A stretch of 64,000 bases of DNA, from contig JASGHG010000001.1 in the NCBI GenBank assembly GCA_047602425.1, positions 4,416,001 through 4,480,000 on the forward strand. The letters are read 5' to 3'. Source of the stretch: Nibricoccus sp. (lineage in GTDB: Bacteria; Verrucomicrobiota; Verrucomicrobiia; Opitutales; Opitutaceae). The notes under the pieces were generated by a model that was not told the DNA's origin, did not search any database, and saw only the letters and a list, made by a program, of their open reading frames with translations. Shown in pieces: positions 46,814 through 56,124 of the stretch; within the stretch, counting starts at the first letter, position 1; each line of letters starts with the position of its first letter. Both the position numbers and the translations under genes were made by a program.

Positions 46814-47958
46814 CGGGCGGCCGCCTCTGCGGTCGCGAGTCCCTTGTAATGCTGGTAAAGCGTCCGGGGCGAGGTGTGGCACAGGATGACGGCGGTTGCG
46901 GCCGCGTCCCGGTGTAAGGCGACATGATACGAGCAAAACGAATGCCGGGCGACGTTGCCGGGATTCTCGACGCCAGCCAGCCGGAAGACATCGCTTTTGG
47001 CGCGCTCGTAGTCCTTGCCGCAAAGTGTCCATGCGGCATCGGGAGCCGTTGCCAGCCAGATCCAAAGATTTCCGGGCAAGCCTTCGATGTACTGCGGCCG
47101 CTTCGTTTTGATCTTCGCGGCCGGAATGCGCATGCCGCGCGCGTCAAAGTCGATTTCGCTTCGGTTGAGCTTGGCGGCCGTCGAATGACGTAGGCCGGTG
47201 AAAAACTCCAACGCGAGCCGGGCGCATGCTTCCGGCCGTTGGGCTTGAGCCGTGGCGAAGATCGCGGCGGTTTGCTCTGGCGTGAGGATTTCCACCTCGT
47301 CTGTCGTCAGGGGCGGTTTCTCGACGTTGCGGAACGGGTTTTGACCGTCAAAGACGCCTTCACGGATTGCCCAATTGAAAAGAGCCGCGCCGTGCTTGTG
47401 GTGGTTACGTTTGGTGGTTGGGGCGAAGGGTAGGGCGCGCAACCAAGCGCGCAGTTGGTCGGCTGTGATTTCACCGGCCGATTTCGTTCCGAACGTCTCA
47501 GCGAAGCGGGCTAAATCGCCCTTCGTGTGGGAAAGTGACGCCTTGCCGGTGCCTTCGGTTGAGCGCGCCGCTAGGTAGCGGTTTATTAGCTCGGAAAGGC
47601 GGATGTTTGACGTTGCGGCGTTCGGGCCGCCCTTAGATAGCCAGAAACGCGCTACGTCCAAAGGATCGGCTTGCCCGATGAGTTCGCGGAATTGCGTCCA
47701 AAGGTGCCAGTCGGACGGGTTGAAATCCATCACGGCGCGGCCGTTGAGTTCCGTTTTTGTGACGAGCGCTTTTGCCGCTTTCTCTCGTTTCGGCTTTGTG
47801 TCGTAGGCTACGCACTTGCGCGCGCCGTCCGTTGCTCGCCAATGTAGGAGGTACGGCCGGGGCAGTCCGGGGCGCTCGGAATAGCGGATACCACGCGGCG
47901 GTTTCCAGTCGCCTTTGTTGCCCTTTTGTTGCCGTTCCTGTTGCTGTTTTGTTGCCAT
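46771..47958 (-). CDS. Tyrosine recombinase/integrase
   Basis: TGLR (R), KTK (K), NVARHS (N/HxxR), LCH, HY catalytic Tyr; adjacent to the tRNA att site. Confidence 0.92.
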   Translation of the reverse strand: MATKQQQERQQKGNKGDWKPPRGIRYSERPGLPRPYLLHWRATDGARKCVAYDTKPKREKAAKALVTKTELNGRAVMDFNPSDWHLWTQFRELIGQADPLDVARFWLSKGGPNAATSNIRLSELINRYLAARSTEGTGKASLSHTKGDLARFAETFGTKSAGEITADQLRAWLRALPFAPTTKRNHHKHGAALFNWAIREGVFDGQNPFRNVEKPPLTTDEVEILTPEQTAAIFATAQAQRPEACARLALEFFTGLRHSTAAKLNRSEIDFDARGMRIPAAKIKTKRPQYIEGLPGNLWIWLATAPDAAWTLCGKDYERAKSDVFRLAGVENPGNVARHSFCSYHVALHRDAAATAVILCHTSPRTLYQHYKGLATAEAAARYFATVPAWFPASP

Positions 47959-48034
47959 AAAAAAAGCAAAACTAAGACGAAAAGTGCAAAAGTTTCGCGG
48001 GGCTTACCTCTGGGGCTGGGATTACGAGGGTAAA

Positions 48035-48110
48035 TGGTGGAGCAGACCGGGATCAAACCGGCGACCTCGTCGTTGCGAACGACGCGCTCTATCAACTGAG
48101 CTACTGCCCC
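48035..48110 (-). tRNA. tRNA-Ala(CGC), prophage integration site
   Basis: GGGGCAGTAGCTCAGTTGATAGAGCGCGTCGTT-CGC-AACGACGAGGTCGCCGGTTTGATCCCGGTCTGCTCCACCA; 76 nt with G3:U70 pair and CCA end. Confidence 0.96.
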
Positions 48111-48319
48111 ACGTGGAGCGGGTGGTTTTGAGCAAAGTCGGGCGGCGAGTAAACACCAATTTTTACCGCAAATGACTGATAGCGCATATTACGATTGGGA
48201 AAATTTAGCGCTTAACCCGTGTTGGTCCCTAATTTGCTATTGCTTGAGTCGAGCCTTGTTTCGAAAATGCACGCGTTGATCAAACAACAATAAAATAGTC
48301 CGAGGAGGTTCATATACCT

Positions 48320-48754
48320 ATGAAAAAAACAACGAAAGCCACCACGACTACCCTAGCGACGCCGGCGCCCTCACCGGCAAAGAAGACCGCCACCACCGCT
48401 CCCAAGACACCGAAGACCACCGCGAAAAAAGTCGCCGCTCCGGTTGCCACAGCTCCGGTTGTTGCCGCTCCGGCCGTGAAAGCGGCGCCTTCGCCCAAGG
48501 TCGCAACCAAGATTGTGGCCAACATCGACGTCGGCTTCGGCAACACGCTTTACATCCGCGGCGAAGGTCCAGGCCTGAATTGGGAAAAAGGCATCCCGCT
48601 CGATTGCGTGGCGGACGATCAATGGTCGCTCACACTGTCGGAGACTGCACGCCCGGTGGTGTTCAAATTCCTCATCAACGATCTCACTTGGTCGATCGGC
48701 GACGATTATCTCGTCCAGCCCGGCAGCACCGCCGAATTAACACCGGTATTCTAA
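48320..48754 (+). CDS. Protein with Lys/Ala/Thr/Pro-rich N-tail and a CBM20/starch-binding-like beta domain
   Basis: IDVGFGNTLYIRGEGPGLNWEKG...FKFLIND..WS.G. Confidence 0.65.
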   Translation: MKKTTKATTTTLATPAPSPAKKTATTAPKTPKTTAKKVAAPVATAPVVAAPAVKAAPSPKVATKIVANIDVGFGNTLYIRGEGPGLNWEKGIPLDCVADDQWSLTLSETARPVVFKFLINDLTWSIGDDYLVQPGSTAELTPVF

Positions 48755-48805
48755 AGCACGCGGCTTCGTTTGGCCGGCTCCTCTCGTGACTTCGAGAGGC
48801 CGCAA

Positions 48806-49501
48806 TTATTTTTTATCGGGGTTTATCGCCGCAAGGCGTTCGCCCAGTCGTTTCGCGCTGTCGTCGCGATCGGCCAGTTCATCGGTTGAAACGACTTCAC
48901 ATTGCAGGCGGATGCGGGAAAAGGGCAGGGGAATATAAAAGCCGTCCCAGCTTCCGAGTTGTTTTGCGCGGCCAAATTCTGCTCCGATCAGCAACATCGG
49001 TGCGTGGGCGCGGCGGGCGACGATGACGCCGCCGGCCTTGAATTCGTAGCGGGGGCCCCGGGGGCCGTCCGCGGTGATCGCGATGTCGTGACCGTCTTTC
49101 ATCACCGTGACGAGGGAAGTCACTGCTTCGCGACCGAGTTTGCTGCTCGAACCTCGCACGCTTCGCATGCCGACGAGGGAAAAATACGCGTCGATCCAGG
49201 CGCCATCCTTGCTGGCGCTGATCAAACAATAAACCGGCCGGCCCTGGCGATAACGGCGAAAGATTTCAGAGCCGAGAAACAGGCGATTGTGCCAAACCAT
49301 CATGGCGACTGGCACGTCGACTTTGCGCAGATTCGCGACGGTTTCCGGCGTGGCTTCAAAACGAAGTGACGCATTCCACAGTCGCACCAGCCAGGCGAGC
49401 GGCGTTAACAAGGTCCGCCGCCAACCCCGGATGGCGTGGATGTGAACTTTGGCGGGGATGGCGGGGTTGGGGGTGACGGCAGGGAGGCTGGGATCTGACA
49501 T
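48806..49501 (-). CDS. DUF374 lysophospholipid acyltransferase family protein
   Basis: WHNR, ISASKDG, VRGSS, TADGPRGP, SWD.F.IPLPF; start 49501. Confidence 0.85.
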   Translation of the reverse strand: MSDPSLPAVTPNPAIPAKVHIHAIRGWRRTLLTPLAWLVRLWNASLRFEATPETVANLRKVDVPVAMMVWHNRLFLGSEIFRRYRQGRPVYCLISASKDGAWIDAYFSLVGMRSVRGSSSKLGREAVTSLVTVMKDGHDIAITADGPRGPRYEFKAGGVIVARRAHAPMLLIGAEFGRAKQLGSWDGFYIPLPFSRIRLQCEVVSTDELADRDDSAKRLGERLAAINPDKK

Positions 49502-49712
49502 GGGCAACGAGGTTGTTTTCACGGATATTCCCACGGTCGCCAAGCCAAGAGATCGCCTTCGCAAAGATTCGTACTGGAAGACGATTCGTCTGGATTGCGG
49601 TTGATACCGTGTAGGCGATATTTCGTCACACGTGGCTTGTCTTTGTCGCGTGGATTCGCCTTGCGAATTTCCTGCGCAGCCAAGTCGTTCCAAACCCCGA
49701 TTCCTCCCTATC

Positions 49713-51155
49713 ATGCTGCGTCATTTTCTTGTTTTGCTCGCCTGTTCGTTTCTGACCGCCTCGATGCAGGCGCAAGCGACGGCTTCCGCTCCCAGCGCTT
49801 CGGCGACCCAAGCCGCTGATGCAGGCGCGCGCGAACCCGGCCAGCGATCACCGGGCAATCAACCTGGGCGCCTGCAGCCCGCTTATCCGGTGCCTTATGC
49901 GCCGGCGAAGGTTGAGGAGATCAAAGCCGTGCTCGATCGCGTGCTGGCTTATCTGGAAACCGCCAGCGCAGTCAAAGTCATCAATCGCGACACCCGCGAG
50001 CCGGTGACGGATCTCGCGCATTTGCCCGCCAACGCCGCTCTCGACCGCACCGATTTTTTGCTCACGAGTTATGAGTGGGGCGTCACTTACGCGGGCATGC
50101 TGCACGTCGCGGCTGAAACTCGCGATGCGCGTTATCGGGATTACGTTGCGGTGCGGCTTAACGCCATCGCGACGCTCGCCGCCCATCTTCGCCAACAACC
50201 CGCTCCCGCCAAAGAAGAGCAACCCGGGCCGCAACGCATGCTGGCGTTGCGCTCGGTTTTAAAGCCGCAGTCGCTCGACGACAGCGGCTCCATGTGTGCG
50301 GCGTTGATCAAAGCCAGCCGGGCCGGCGTGAATCCCGAAGCGCTCCGGCCGTGGATCGACAACTACATGGCCTGGGTGTTTTCCGGGCAGTTTCGTTTTC
50401 CCGACGGCACGCTGGCGCGAAACCGTCCGATGAACAACACGCTTTGGCTCGACGACCTGTACATGAGTGTGCCCGCGCTGGCGCAGATGGGTGTGCTGAC
50501 CGGCGACGGAAAATATTTCGACGACGCGGTGAAACAGATCCTGCAATTTTCCTCGCGCATGTTTGTGGCCGAAAAGGGCCTTTACCGACATGGGTGGGTT
50601 CAGGACATGGAGCCGCACCCGGCGTTTCATTGGGCGAGGGCGAATGGTTGGGCCATTGTTGCAATGACGGAGTTGCTGGAGGTGCTGCCGGAGAATCATC
50701 CGGGACGCGCGGCGGTGTTGAAGCAGTTCCGCGCGCATGTCGCCGGGCTGGCGCCGTTTCAGGACAGCACGGGGCTTTGGCATCAACTGATCGACCGATC
50801 CGACTCCTATCTGGAAACCTCCGCCTCGGCCATGTATGTTTATTCGATCGCGCGCGGCATCAACCGCGGCTGGCTCGACGGCAAGGCCTACGGCCCGATG
50901 GTTTCGCTGGGCTGGAATGCGGTCGCGCAAAAGGTGAACGCCACCGGTCAAGTCGAAGCCACGTGCGTGGGCACGGGCATGGGCTTTGATCCAGCGTTTT
51001 ATTACCACCGGCCGGTGAGTGTGTATGCGGCCCACGGATACGGGCCGGTGCTATTGGCCGGCGCCGAAATGATCGCGCTGCGCAAGACCGAAGGCTCCAA
51101 GCAAGCCATCAGCGACGGTGGCTTGCACTTTGCGCCATCGCCTTCGCGCAATTAA
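49713..51155 (+). CDS. GH105 unsaturated rhamnogalacturonyl hydrolase (YteR/YesR-like)
   Basis: SYEWG, LDD.G, WLDDLYM, HG, WARANGW, GLWHQ, ETSASAM; signal peptide. Confidence 0.88.
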   Translation: MLRHFLVLLACSFLTASMQAQATASAPSASATQAADAGAREPGQRSPGNQPGRLQPAYPVPYAPAKVEEIKAVLDRVLAYLETASAVKVINRDTREPVTDLAHLPANAALDRTDFLLTSYEWGVTYAGMLHVAAETRDARYRDYVAVRLNAIATLAAHLRQQPAPAKEEQPGPQRMLALRSVLKPQSLDDSGSMCAALIKASRAGVNPEALRPWIDNYMAWVFSGQFRFPDGTLARNRPMNNTLWLDDLYMSVPALAQMGVLTGDGKYFDDAVKQILQFSSRMFVAEKGLYRHGWVQDMEPHPAFHWARANGWAIVAMTELLEVLPENHPGRAAVLKQFRAHVAGLAPFQDSTGLWHQLIDRSDSYLETSASAMYVYSIARGINRGWLDGKAYGPMVSLGWNAVAQKVNATGQVEATCVGTGMGFDPAFYYHRPVSVYAAHGYGPVLLAGAEMIALRKTEGSKQAISDGGLHFAPSPSRN

Positions 51156-51164
51156 TCGAACCTC

Positions 51165-53210
51165 ATGAGAATCTCCTGCTTTCTCGCACTTTTGATTTGT
51201 TGCATCGTTACCGGTGCCAGCCTCCGCGCGGCCCGTGTGATGGAACCGCTCGGGCGGGGCGTGATCGCCGTGCAACAGCCCGATGGCAAAGTTTTCGTGA
51301 GCTGGCGTTTGCTCGCGACCGATCCTGCCGGCACGGCTTTCAATGTTTATCGCGTCACCGCGGCGGCGCCACGCGACGCCAGACGCTTTGGACCACGCCC
51401 TGACGGAGCTGCCCCCGGTCCCAACGGAGGTCCACGGAACGATCGACCGCAGAATCCCAATCGTCGACCTTTCACCCCACCGCCCGATTTCGCGGCGGGC
51501 ACGGTCAAGTTGAACGAACAACCCCTGACCGGCCCGACTTGGTGGCTCGACGCGATGCCGCACCTTGATCGAGAGACAAAGTATTTCGTTCGCGCGGTCC
51601 TCGACGGCAAGGAAGGCGAACCCAGCGCGGCTTTTGTTTTTCCGGCGAACGCCGCTCCGTTGCCTTACGTTTCCGTGCCACTGCAAACACCCGAGGGATA
51701 TACGCCGGGCGACGCCTCGATTGGCGACCTGGATGGCGACGGCGAATACGAAATCATTCTGAAACAGGAACAGCGGCCGCGCGACAACGGCGCGGGAGGC
51801 GTCACGGGCGAAACGCTCCTTCAAGCCTACAAAGTTGACGGCAAACTTCTGTGGACGATCCGGCTCGGGAAAAATATCCGCGAAGGCGCCCATTACACAC
51901 AGTTTTTGGTTTATGACTTCGACAGCGACGGTCGCGCCGAAATTGCCTGCAAAACCGCCGACGGCACCATCGATGGCACGGGCAAGGTGATTGGCGATGC
52001 TGCCGCCGACCACCGAACCGAAGCGGGCCATATCGCCAAGGGTCCCGAGTTCCTCACGGTATTCGATGGACTCACCGGAGCGGCGCTGACTACAGTCCCG
52101 TATGTTCCGGGCCGCCATCCGACCAAAGAGGATCCGACGCCTGAGGAATTGAAGGAAATTTGGGGCGACGATCATTACAACCGCGGCGAACGCTATCTTG
52201 CCTGCGTCGCTTATCTCGACGGCGAAAGGCCCAGCCTCGTCATGTGCCGCGGTTATTATACACGCACGGTTCTGGCGGCTTGGGACTTCCGCGACGGCAA
52301 GCTCACTCAGCGCTGGGTCTTCGACAGCGACGACGGCACTCCCGGCAACGAGAAATATCGCGGGCAAGGGAACCATAATCTATCGGTAGCCGACGTCGAT
52401 GGCGACGGACGCGACGAAATCGTTTACGGTGCTTGCGTGACCGACGACAACGGCAAAGGGCTGTATTCAACCGGCTGGGGCCACGGCGACGCGTTGCACG
52501 TCGGCGATTTGGTGCCCTCGAATCCGGGGCTGGAGGTTTGCGACATCCAGGAACGTTTCGACAAGGAAGGCTTGAGCATGCGCGACGCGCGCACCGGGCG
52601 ACTGCTTTTTGCCGTGCCTTCGGTGAAGGCCGACGAAGAAGGCGGCGACAAAGGCGAGGGCCCGGGCCGTGGCAATGCGTTTAATATCGATCCTCGTTTT
52701 CCTGGTTCCGAGTGTTGGGCGCGGGGCGCGGGCATCGATGGGCTTTACGATGCGACGGGGAAACAGATTGTAGCGACGGGACCTCAGGGATTGCCATGCA
52801 ACTTCGGCATCTACTGGGACGGAGATTTGCTCTCTGAACTTCTCGATCAGCATCGCATCGTGAAATGGAATTGGGAAAAGGAGCAGGTGGAACCTCTTCT
52901 TATCGCTCACGCATGTACCTCGAACAACGGCACCAAGGCCACTCCCGCGCTCAGCTGCGATTTTTGGGGCGACTGGCGCGAAGAAGTTATTTGGCGGACG
53001 CGCGACAACAAGGAGCTGCGTATTTATACCAGCACGATCCCGACAAAACACCGGATTTTCACCCTGATGCACGATTCGCAATATCGACTCTCCATCGCCT
53101 GGCAAAATGCAGGCTACAACCAACCGCCACATCCCAGTTTCCACCTCGACGAAAAGGCACCCTTGCCCTCTGCTCCTGTTATTCAACTTCCCGTAAAGTC
53201 GGCTAAATAG
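51165..53210 (+). CDS. PL11 rhamnogalacturonan lyase (YesW-like)
   Basis: MEPLGRG, VSWRLL, DLDGDGEYE, NIREGAHY, RGYYTR, GQGNH, HGDALH, NNGTK, YNQPPH. Confidence 0.95.
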   Translation: MRISCFLALLICCIVTGASLRAARVMEPLGRGVIAVQQPDGKVFVSWRLLATDPAGTAFNVYRVTAAAPRDARRFGPRPDGAAPGPNGGPRNDRPQNPNRRPFTPPPDFAAGTVKLNEQPLTGPTWWLDAMPHLDRETKYFVRAVLDGKEGEPSAAFVFPANAAPLPYVSVPLQTPEGYTPGDASIGDLDGDGEYEIILKQEQRPRDNGAGGVTGETLLQAYKVDGKLLWTIRLGKNIREGAHYTQFLVYDFDSDGRAEIACKTADGTIDGTGKVIGDAAADHRTEAGHIAKGPEFLTVFDGLTGAALTTVPYVPGRHPTKEDPTPEELKEIWGDDHYNRGERYLACVAYLDGERPSLVMCRGYYTRTVLAAWDFRDGKLTQRWVFDSDDGTPGNEKYRGQGNHNLSVADVDGDGRDEIVYGACVTDDNGKGLYSTGWGHGDALHVGDLVPSNPGLEVCDIQERFDKEGLSMRDARTGRLLFAVPSVKADEEGGDKGEGPGRGNAFNIDPRFPGSECWARGAGIDGLYDATGKQIVATGPQGLPCNFGIYWDGDLLSELLDQHRIVKWNWEKEQVEPLLIAHACTSNNGTKATPALSCDFWGDWREEVIWRTRDNKELRIYTSTIPTKHRIFTLMHDSQYRLSIAWQNAGYNQPPHPSFHLDEKAPLPSAPVIQLPVKSAK

Positions 53211-53227
53211 AAATCCCCTCCATCCCC

Positions 53228-54937
53228 ATGTTCAGTCGTTTTCTTCGGTCGCTCCTCTCAATTTTGCCGGCCTGTGCCGCGCTGGCGCAAACGCCCGCCC
53301 CGACTCCTCCGGCCGCGATCAACACGGATCCTGGCACCAGGCCGATCATTTTGCCAGAACCAGCCAATCCCAAGCTCCCGACCCTGTTTCTGATCGGCGA
53401 TTCGACCGTGCGCAACGGCCGCGATGACGGACAAGGAAAAGGCGCTGATGGTCAGTGGGGCTGGGGTAATCCGCTCGCCGCGTTTTTTGACCAGACGAAT
53501 ATCAACGTCGTGAATCGGGCGGTCGGTGGCCTCAGCAGTCGGACCTATTTGACCAGCGGGCACTGGGAGCGCGCGCTGGCCTTTGTGAAGCCCGGCGACT
53601 TCGTGATCATGCAATTCGGCCACAACGACGAGGCGCCGATCAATGACGACAAACGTGCCCGGGGCACGATCAAAGGCGTGGGTGACGAATCACAGGAAAT
53701 CGACAATCTTCTCACGAAGAAGCACGAAACCGTGCATAGTTACGGTTGGTATCTCCGCAAATTTGTCGCCGATACCCGCGCGAAAGGAGCCACGCCGATC
53801 ATCTGCTCGCTGATCCCGCGCAAGAGTTGGGACGAGGAGGGGAAAATTGTCCGCCACAAAAAAAGCTACGCCGGCTGGGCTGCCGAAGTCGCCGCGCAGG
53901 AAAAAGTCGCATTCATCGATCTGAATGAAGAGGTGGCGCGCCAATACGATGAACTCGGGCGCGAGGCTGTGATGAAGTTTTTCCCGACGACCGTACCCGA
54001 CGAACATACTCATACCAACTGGGCCGGCGCGGTTCTGAATGCCCGTACGGTCGTCAATGCATTGCAGGCTCTGCCGAACCATCAGCTTTCCTCTTTTATT
54101 CTCGCTCAAGAACCCACGCTCACCCCGCCTGCGGCAACGATCAAATCGGCCGAAGACGAGCGTCCCGTGGTTGACGCGTCGAAGGTTCGTGAGGAAAAAC
54201 CGATCAACCCCAAGCTGCCGACCTTTTTCATTGTGGGAGATTCCACGGTTAAAAGTGGCGGCAACAAAGGCATGTTCGGCTGGGGTGAGGTCATCGCGCC
54301 TTATTTCGATCCAGCTAAAATCAATGTCGTCAATCACGCCATTGGCGGACGCAGCAGCCGCACTTTTTTCACCGAAGGCCGTTGGGCAAAAGTCGTCGAG
54401 CAGATGAAGGCAGGCGACTTTGTTATTATTCAATTCGGACACAACGATGGCGGCCGCATTGGCGATCCCGCCAACAAGAATCGCGCTTCCGTTCGCGGTC
54501 TCGGCGACGAAACGGTCGAGGACACCAAACCCGACGGAACCAAAGAACAGGTACACAGCTTCGGCTGGTACATGTCGCGCTACATCGCCGACGCAAAAGC
54601 GAAAGGTGTGACGGTGATTCTTTGCTCGCCGATTCCACACAAGGATAAGTGGGAAAATGGACGCGATTTCGCGGAATTTGCGGAGTGGGATGCCGAACTC
54701 GCGAAGCGGAATGATGTGTTCTATTTCGATCTCACTTTGTTGGTCAGCGATGGTTATAAAAAACTCGGCATGGAAAAAGTAGCCGGCTTCTTTGCCGATC
54801 CGCGCACGCACACGACCGCCGCCGGAGCCCAATTCAACGCGGCCTGTGTCATCGCCGGCCTGAAAGGGTTGAAAAATAATCCGCTCGGCGCCTATTTCTC
54901 GGACAAGGCGAAGGCAACGGAGCTTGTTTCCCCCTAA
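53228..54937 (+). CDS. CE12 rhamnogalacturonan acetylesterase with tandem SGNH domains
   Basis: Two copies of GDST, GWG, GG.SSRT, QFGHND and D..HT. Confidence 0.9.
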   Translation: MFSRFLRSLLSILPACAALAQTPAPTPPAAINTDPGTRPIILPEPANPKLPTLFLIGDSTVRNGRDDGQGKGADGQWGWGNPLAAFFDQTNINVVNRAVGGLSSRTYLTSGHWERALAFVKPGDFVIMQFGHNDEAPINDDKRARGTIKGVGDESQEIDNLLTKKHETVHSYGWYLRKFVADTRAKGATPIICSLIPRKSWDEEGKIVRHKKSYAGWAAEVAAQEKVAFIDLNEEVARQYDELGREAVMKFFPTTVPDEHTHTNWAGAVLNARTVVNALQALPNHQLSSFILAQEPTLTPPAATIKSAEDERPVVDASKVREEKPINPKLPTFFIVGDSTVKSGGNKGMFGWGEVIAPYFDPAKINVVNHAIGGRSSRTFFTEGRWAKVVEQMKAGDFVIIQFGHNDGGRIGDPANKNRASVRGLGDETVEDTKPDGTKEQVHSFGWYMSRYIADAKAKGVTVILCSPIPHKDKWENGRDFAEFAEWDAELAKRNDVFYFDLTLLVSDGYKKLGMEKVAGFFADPRTHTTAAGAQFNAACVIAGLKGLKNNPLGAYFSDKAKATELVSP

Positions 54938-54966
54938 GCCGGGCGAGTTTCTCAATTCGAATATCC

Positions 54967-56106
54967 ATGCACCATCGGCATTTCATTGCGTTTGCTGCCT
55001 GGATCTTGGGCATGGTTTTTCTGCCCAGCCTGGTCTTCGCATTGGAAAAACCAGAAGTCACCTACAAGATTTTCCAGTTCCCTGCGGACAAAATTCCTCG
55101 CATTGACGGAAACGCTGACGACTGGGCACTGGTGCCCGACGCGTATGCGATTGGAATCGACCAGCTGCACGAGGACTCGAAAAACCATCTGAAGCCCGAT
55201 CAGAAAAACCTCGATGTACGTGTGCGTGTTGGCTGGGTGAAAGGGCTGAATCGCCTCTATTTTCTCTACGAAGCGTCGGACGATTATTGGGACTTCGCGC
55301 AGCCGGGATTGCACAACGATACATTCGAGATCGTGGTCGACGGCGACGCGTCGGGCGGGCCACTGATTGCCAAAGGGCACAAGGAATTTTGGACACCCGA
55401 GCGAGTGGGGGAGCCGGCGGCTGCCGCTGATGATCGCATATCAGTCAATGAGGCCAAGTGGGCCATCCATGGCGTGCACGCGCAGAATTATCACATCTTC
55501 ACGCCGGCGGTGAACAAGGACTGGTGCATGGCCTGGGGTTCGCCCACCTGGATCAAGGAACTGCCGTGGTCCAACGCCGCGTATTCCTTCAATTTCAAAC
55601 CGGGCGAACCGGGCAAACTTGTATTGGAATTCTGGATAACACCTTTCGATTACGCGGGTCCGGAAGGGCCGCAGCGCGCGGTGGAATCCGTGTTGAACGA
55701 AAACAAGATCATCGGACTTTCCTGGGCGGTGATCGACTACGACGACGTGAAGGCGCCGGGAAACAATGGCTTTTGGAATCTCTCGCCCAAGCACACGATG
55801 TACGGCCACGCTTCGGAACTTTGCGCCTTCAAGCTCATGCCGCTCGAACCAGCGCTTCAATCCAAGCTTGCTGCGCAATGGACTTGGAAAGTCGTCGATA
55901 TGGATCGACGTCTAGTCGCTTTCAAGGATTTGTCGGTGGGGACTATCTCGTCGTGGAGGTGGGATTTCGGCGATGGCGCGACCTCGACAGATCAACATCC
56001 GGAGCACGCTTACAACAAACCCGGCAACTACGTCGTGATTCTTGACGTGACGGGCCCCGACGGCACGTCTCGCCGTTCCAAGGTTTGGGACGTGCAACTC
56101 AAATAA
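54967..56106 (+). CDS. Secreted CBM9-like domain plus C-terminal PKD domain protein
   Basis: PRIDGNADDW, D.FEIVVDGD, and WRWDFGDG...P.HAY..PG.Y PKD motif. Confidence 0.75.
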   Translation: MHHRHFIAFAAWILGMVFLPSLVFALEKPEVTYKIFQFPADKIPRIDGNADDWALVPDAYAIGIDQLHEDSKNHLKPDQKNLDVRVRVGWVKGLNRLYFLYEASDDYWDFAQPGLHNDTFEIVVDGDASGGPLIAKGHKEFWTPERVGEPAAAADDRISVNEAKWAIHGVHAQNYHIFTPAVNKDWCMAWGSPTWIKELPWSNAAYSFNFKPGEPGKLVLEFWITPFDYAGPEGPQRAVESVLNENKIIGLSWAVIDYDDVKAPGNNGFWNLSPKHTMYGHASELCAFKLMPLEPALQSKLAAQWTWKVVDMDRRLVAFKDLSVGTISSWRWDFGDGATSTDQHPEHAYNKPGNYVVILDVTGPDGTSRRSKVWDVQLK

Positions 56107-56124
56107 CCGCAATTTTCCACTTCT

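Larger units (their letters stand above)
32995..48052. mobile_element. Integrated PM2-like (double jelly-roll, non-tailed) prophage, ~15 kb
   Basis: 19-bp att repeats, integrase beside the tRNA, RCR Rep, packaging ATPase, DJR MCP, coupled membrane-protein genes; no terminase, portal or tail genes. Confidence 0.88.

Noticed and set aside
32995..48052. Tailed prophage, inovirus or ICE interpretation
   Set aside because: No terminase, portal, tail, relaxase or T4SS genes. The ATPase is short and lacks the Zot-type TM extension, and a ~280-aa beta-rich capsid candidate is present, which inoviruses lack.
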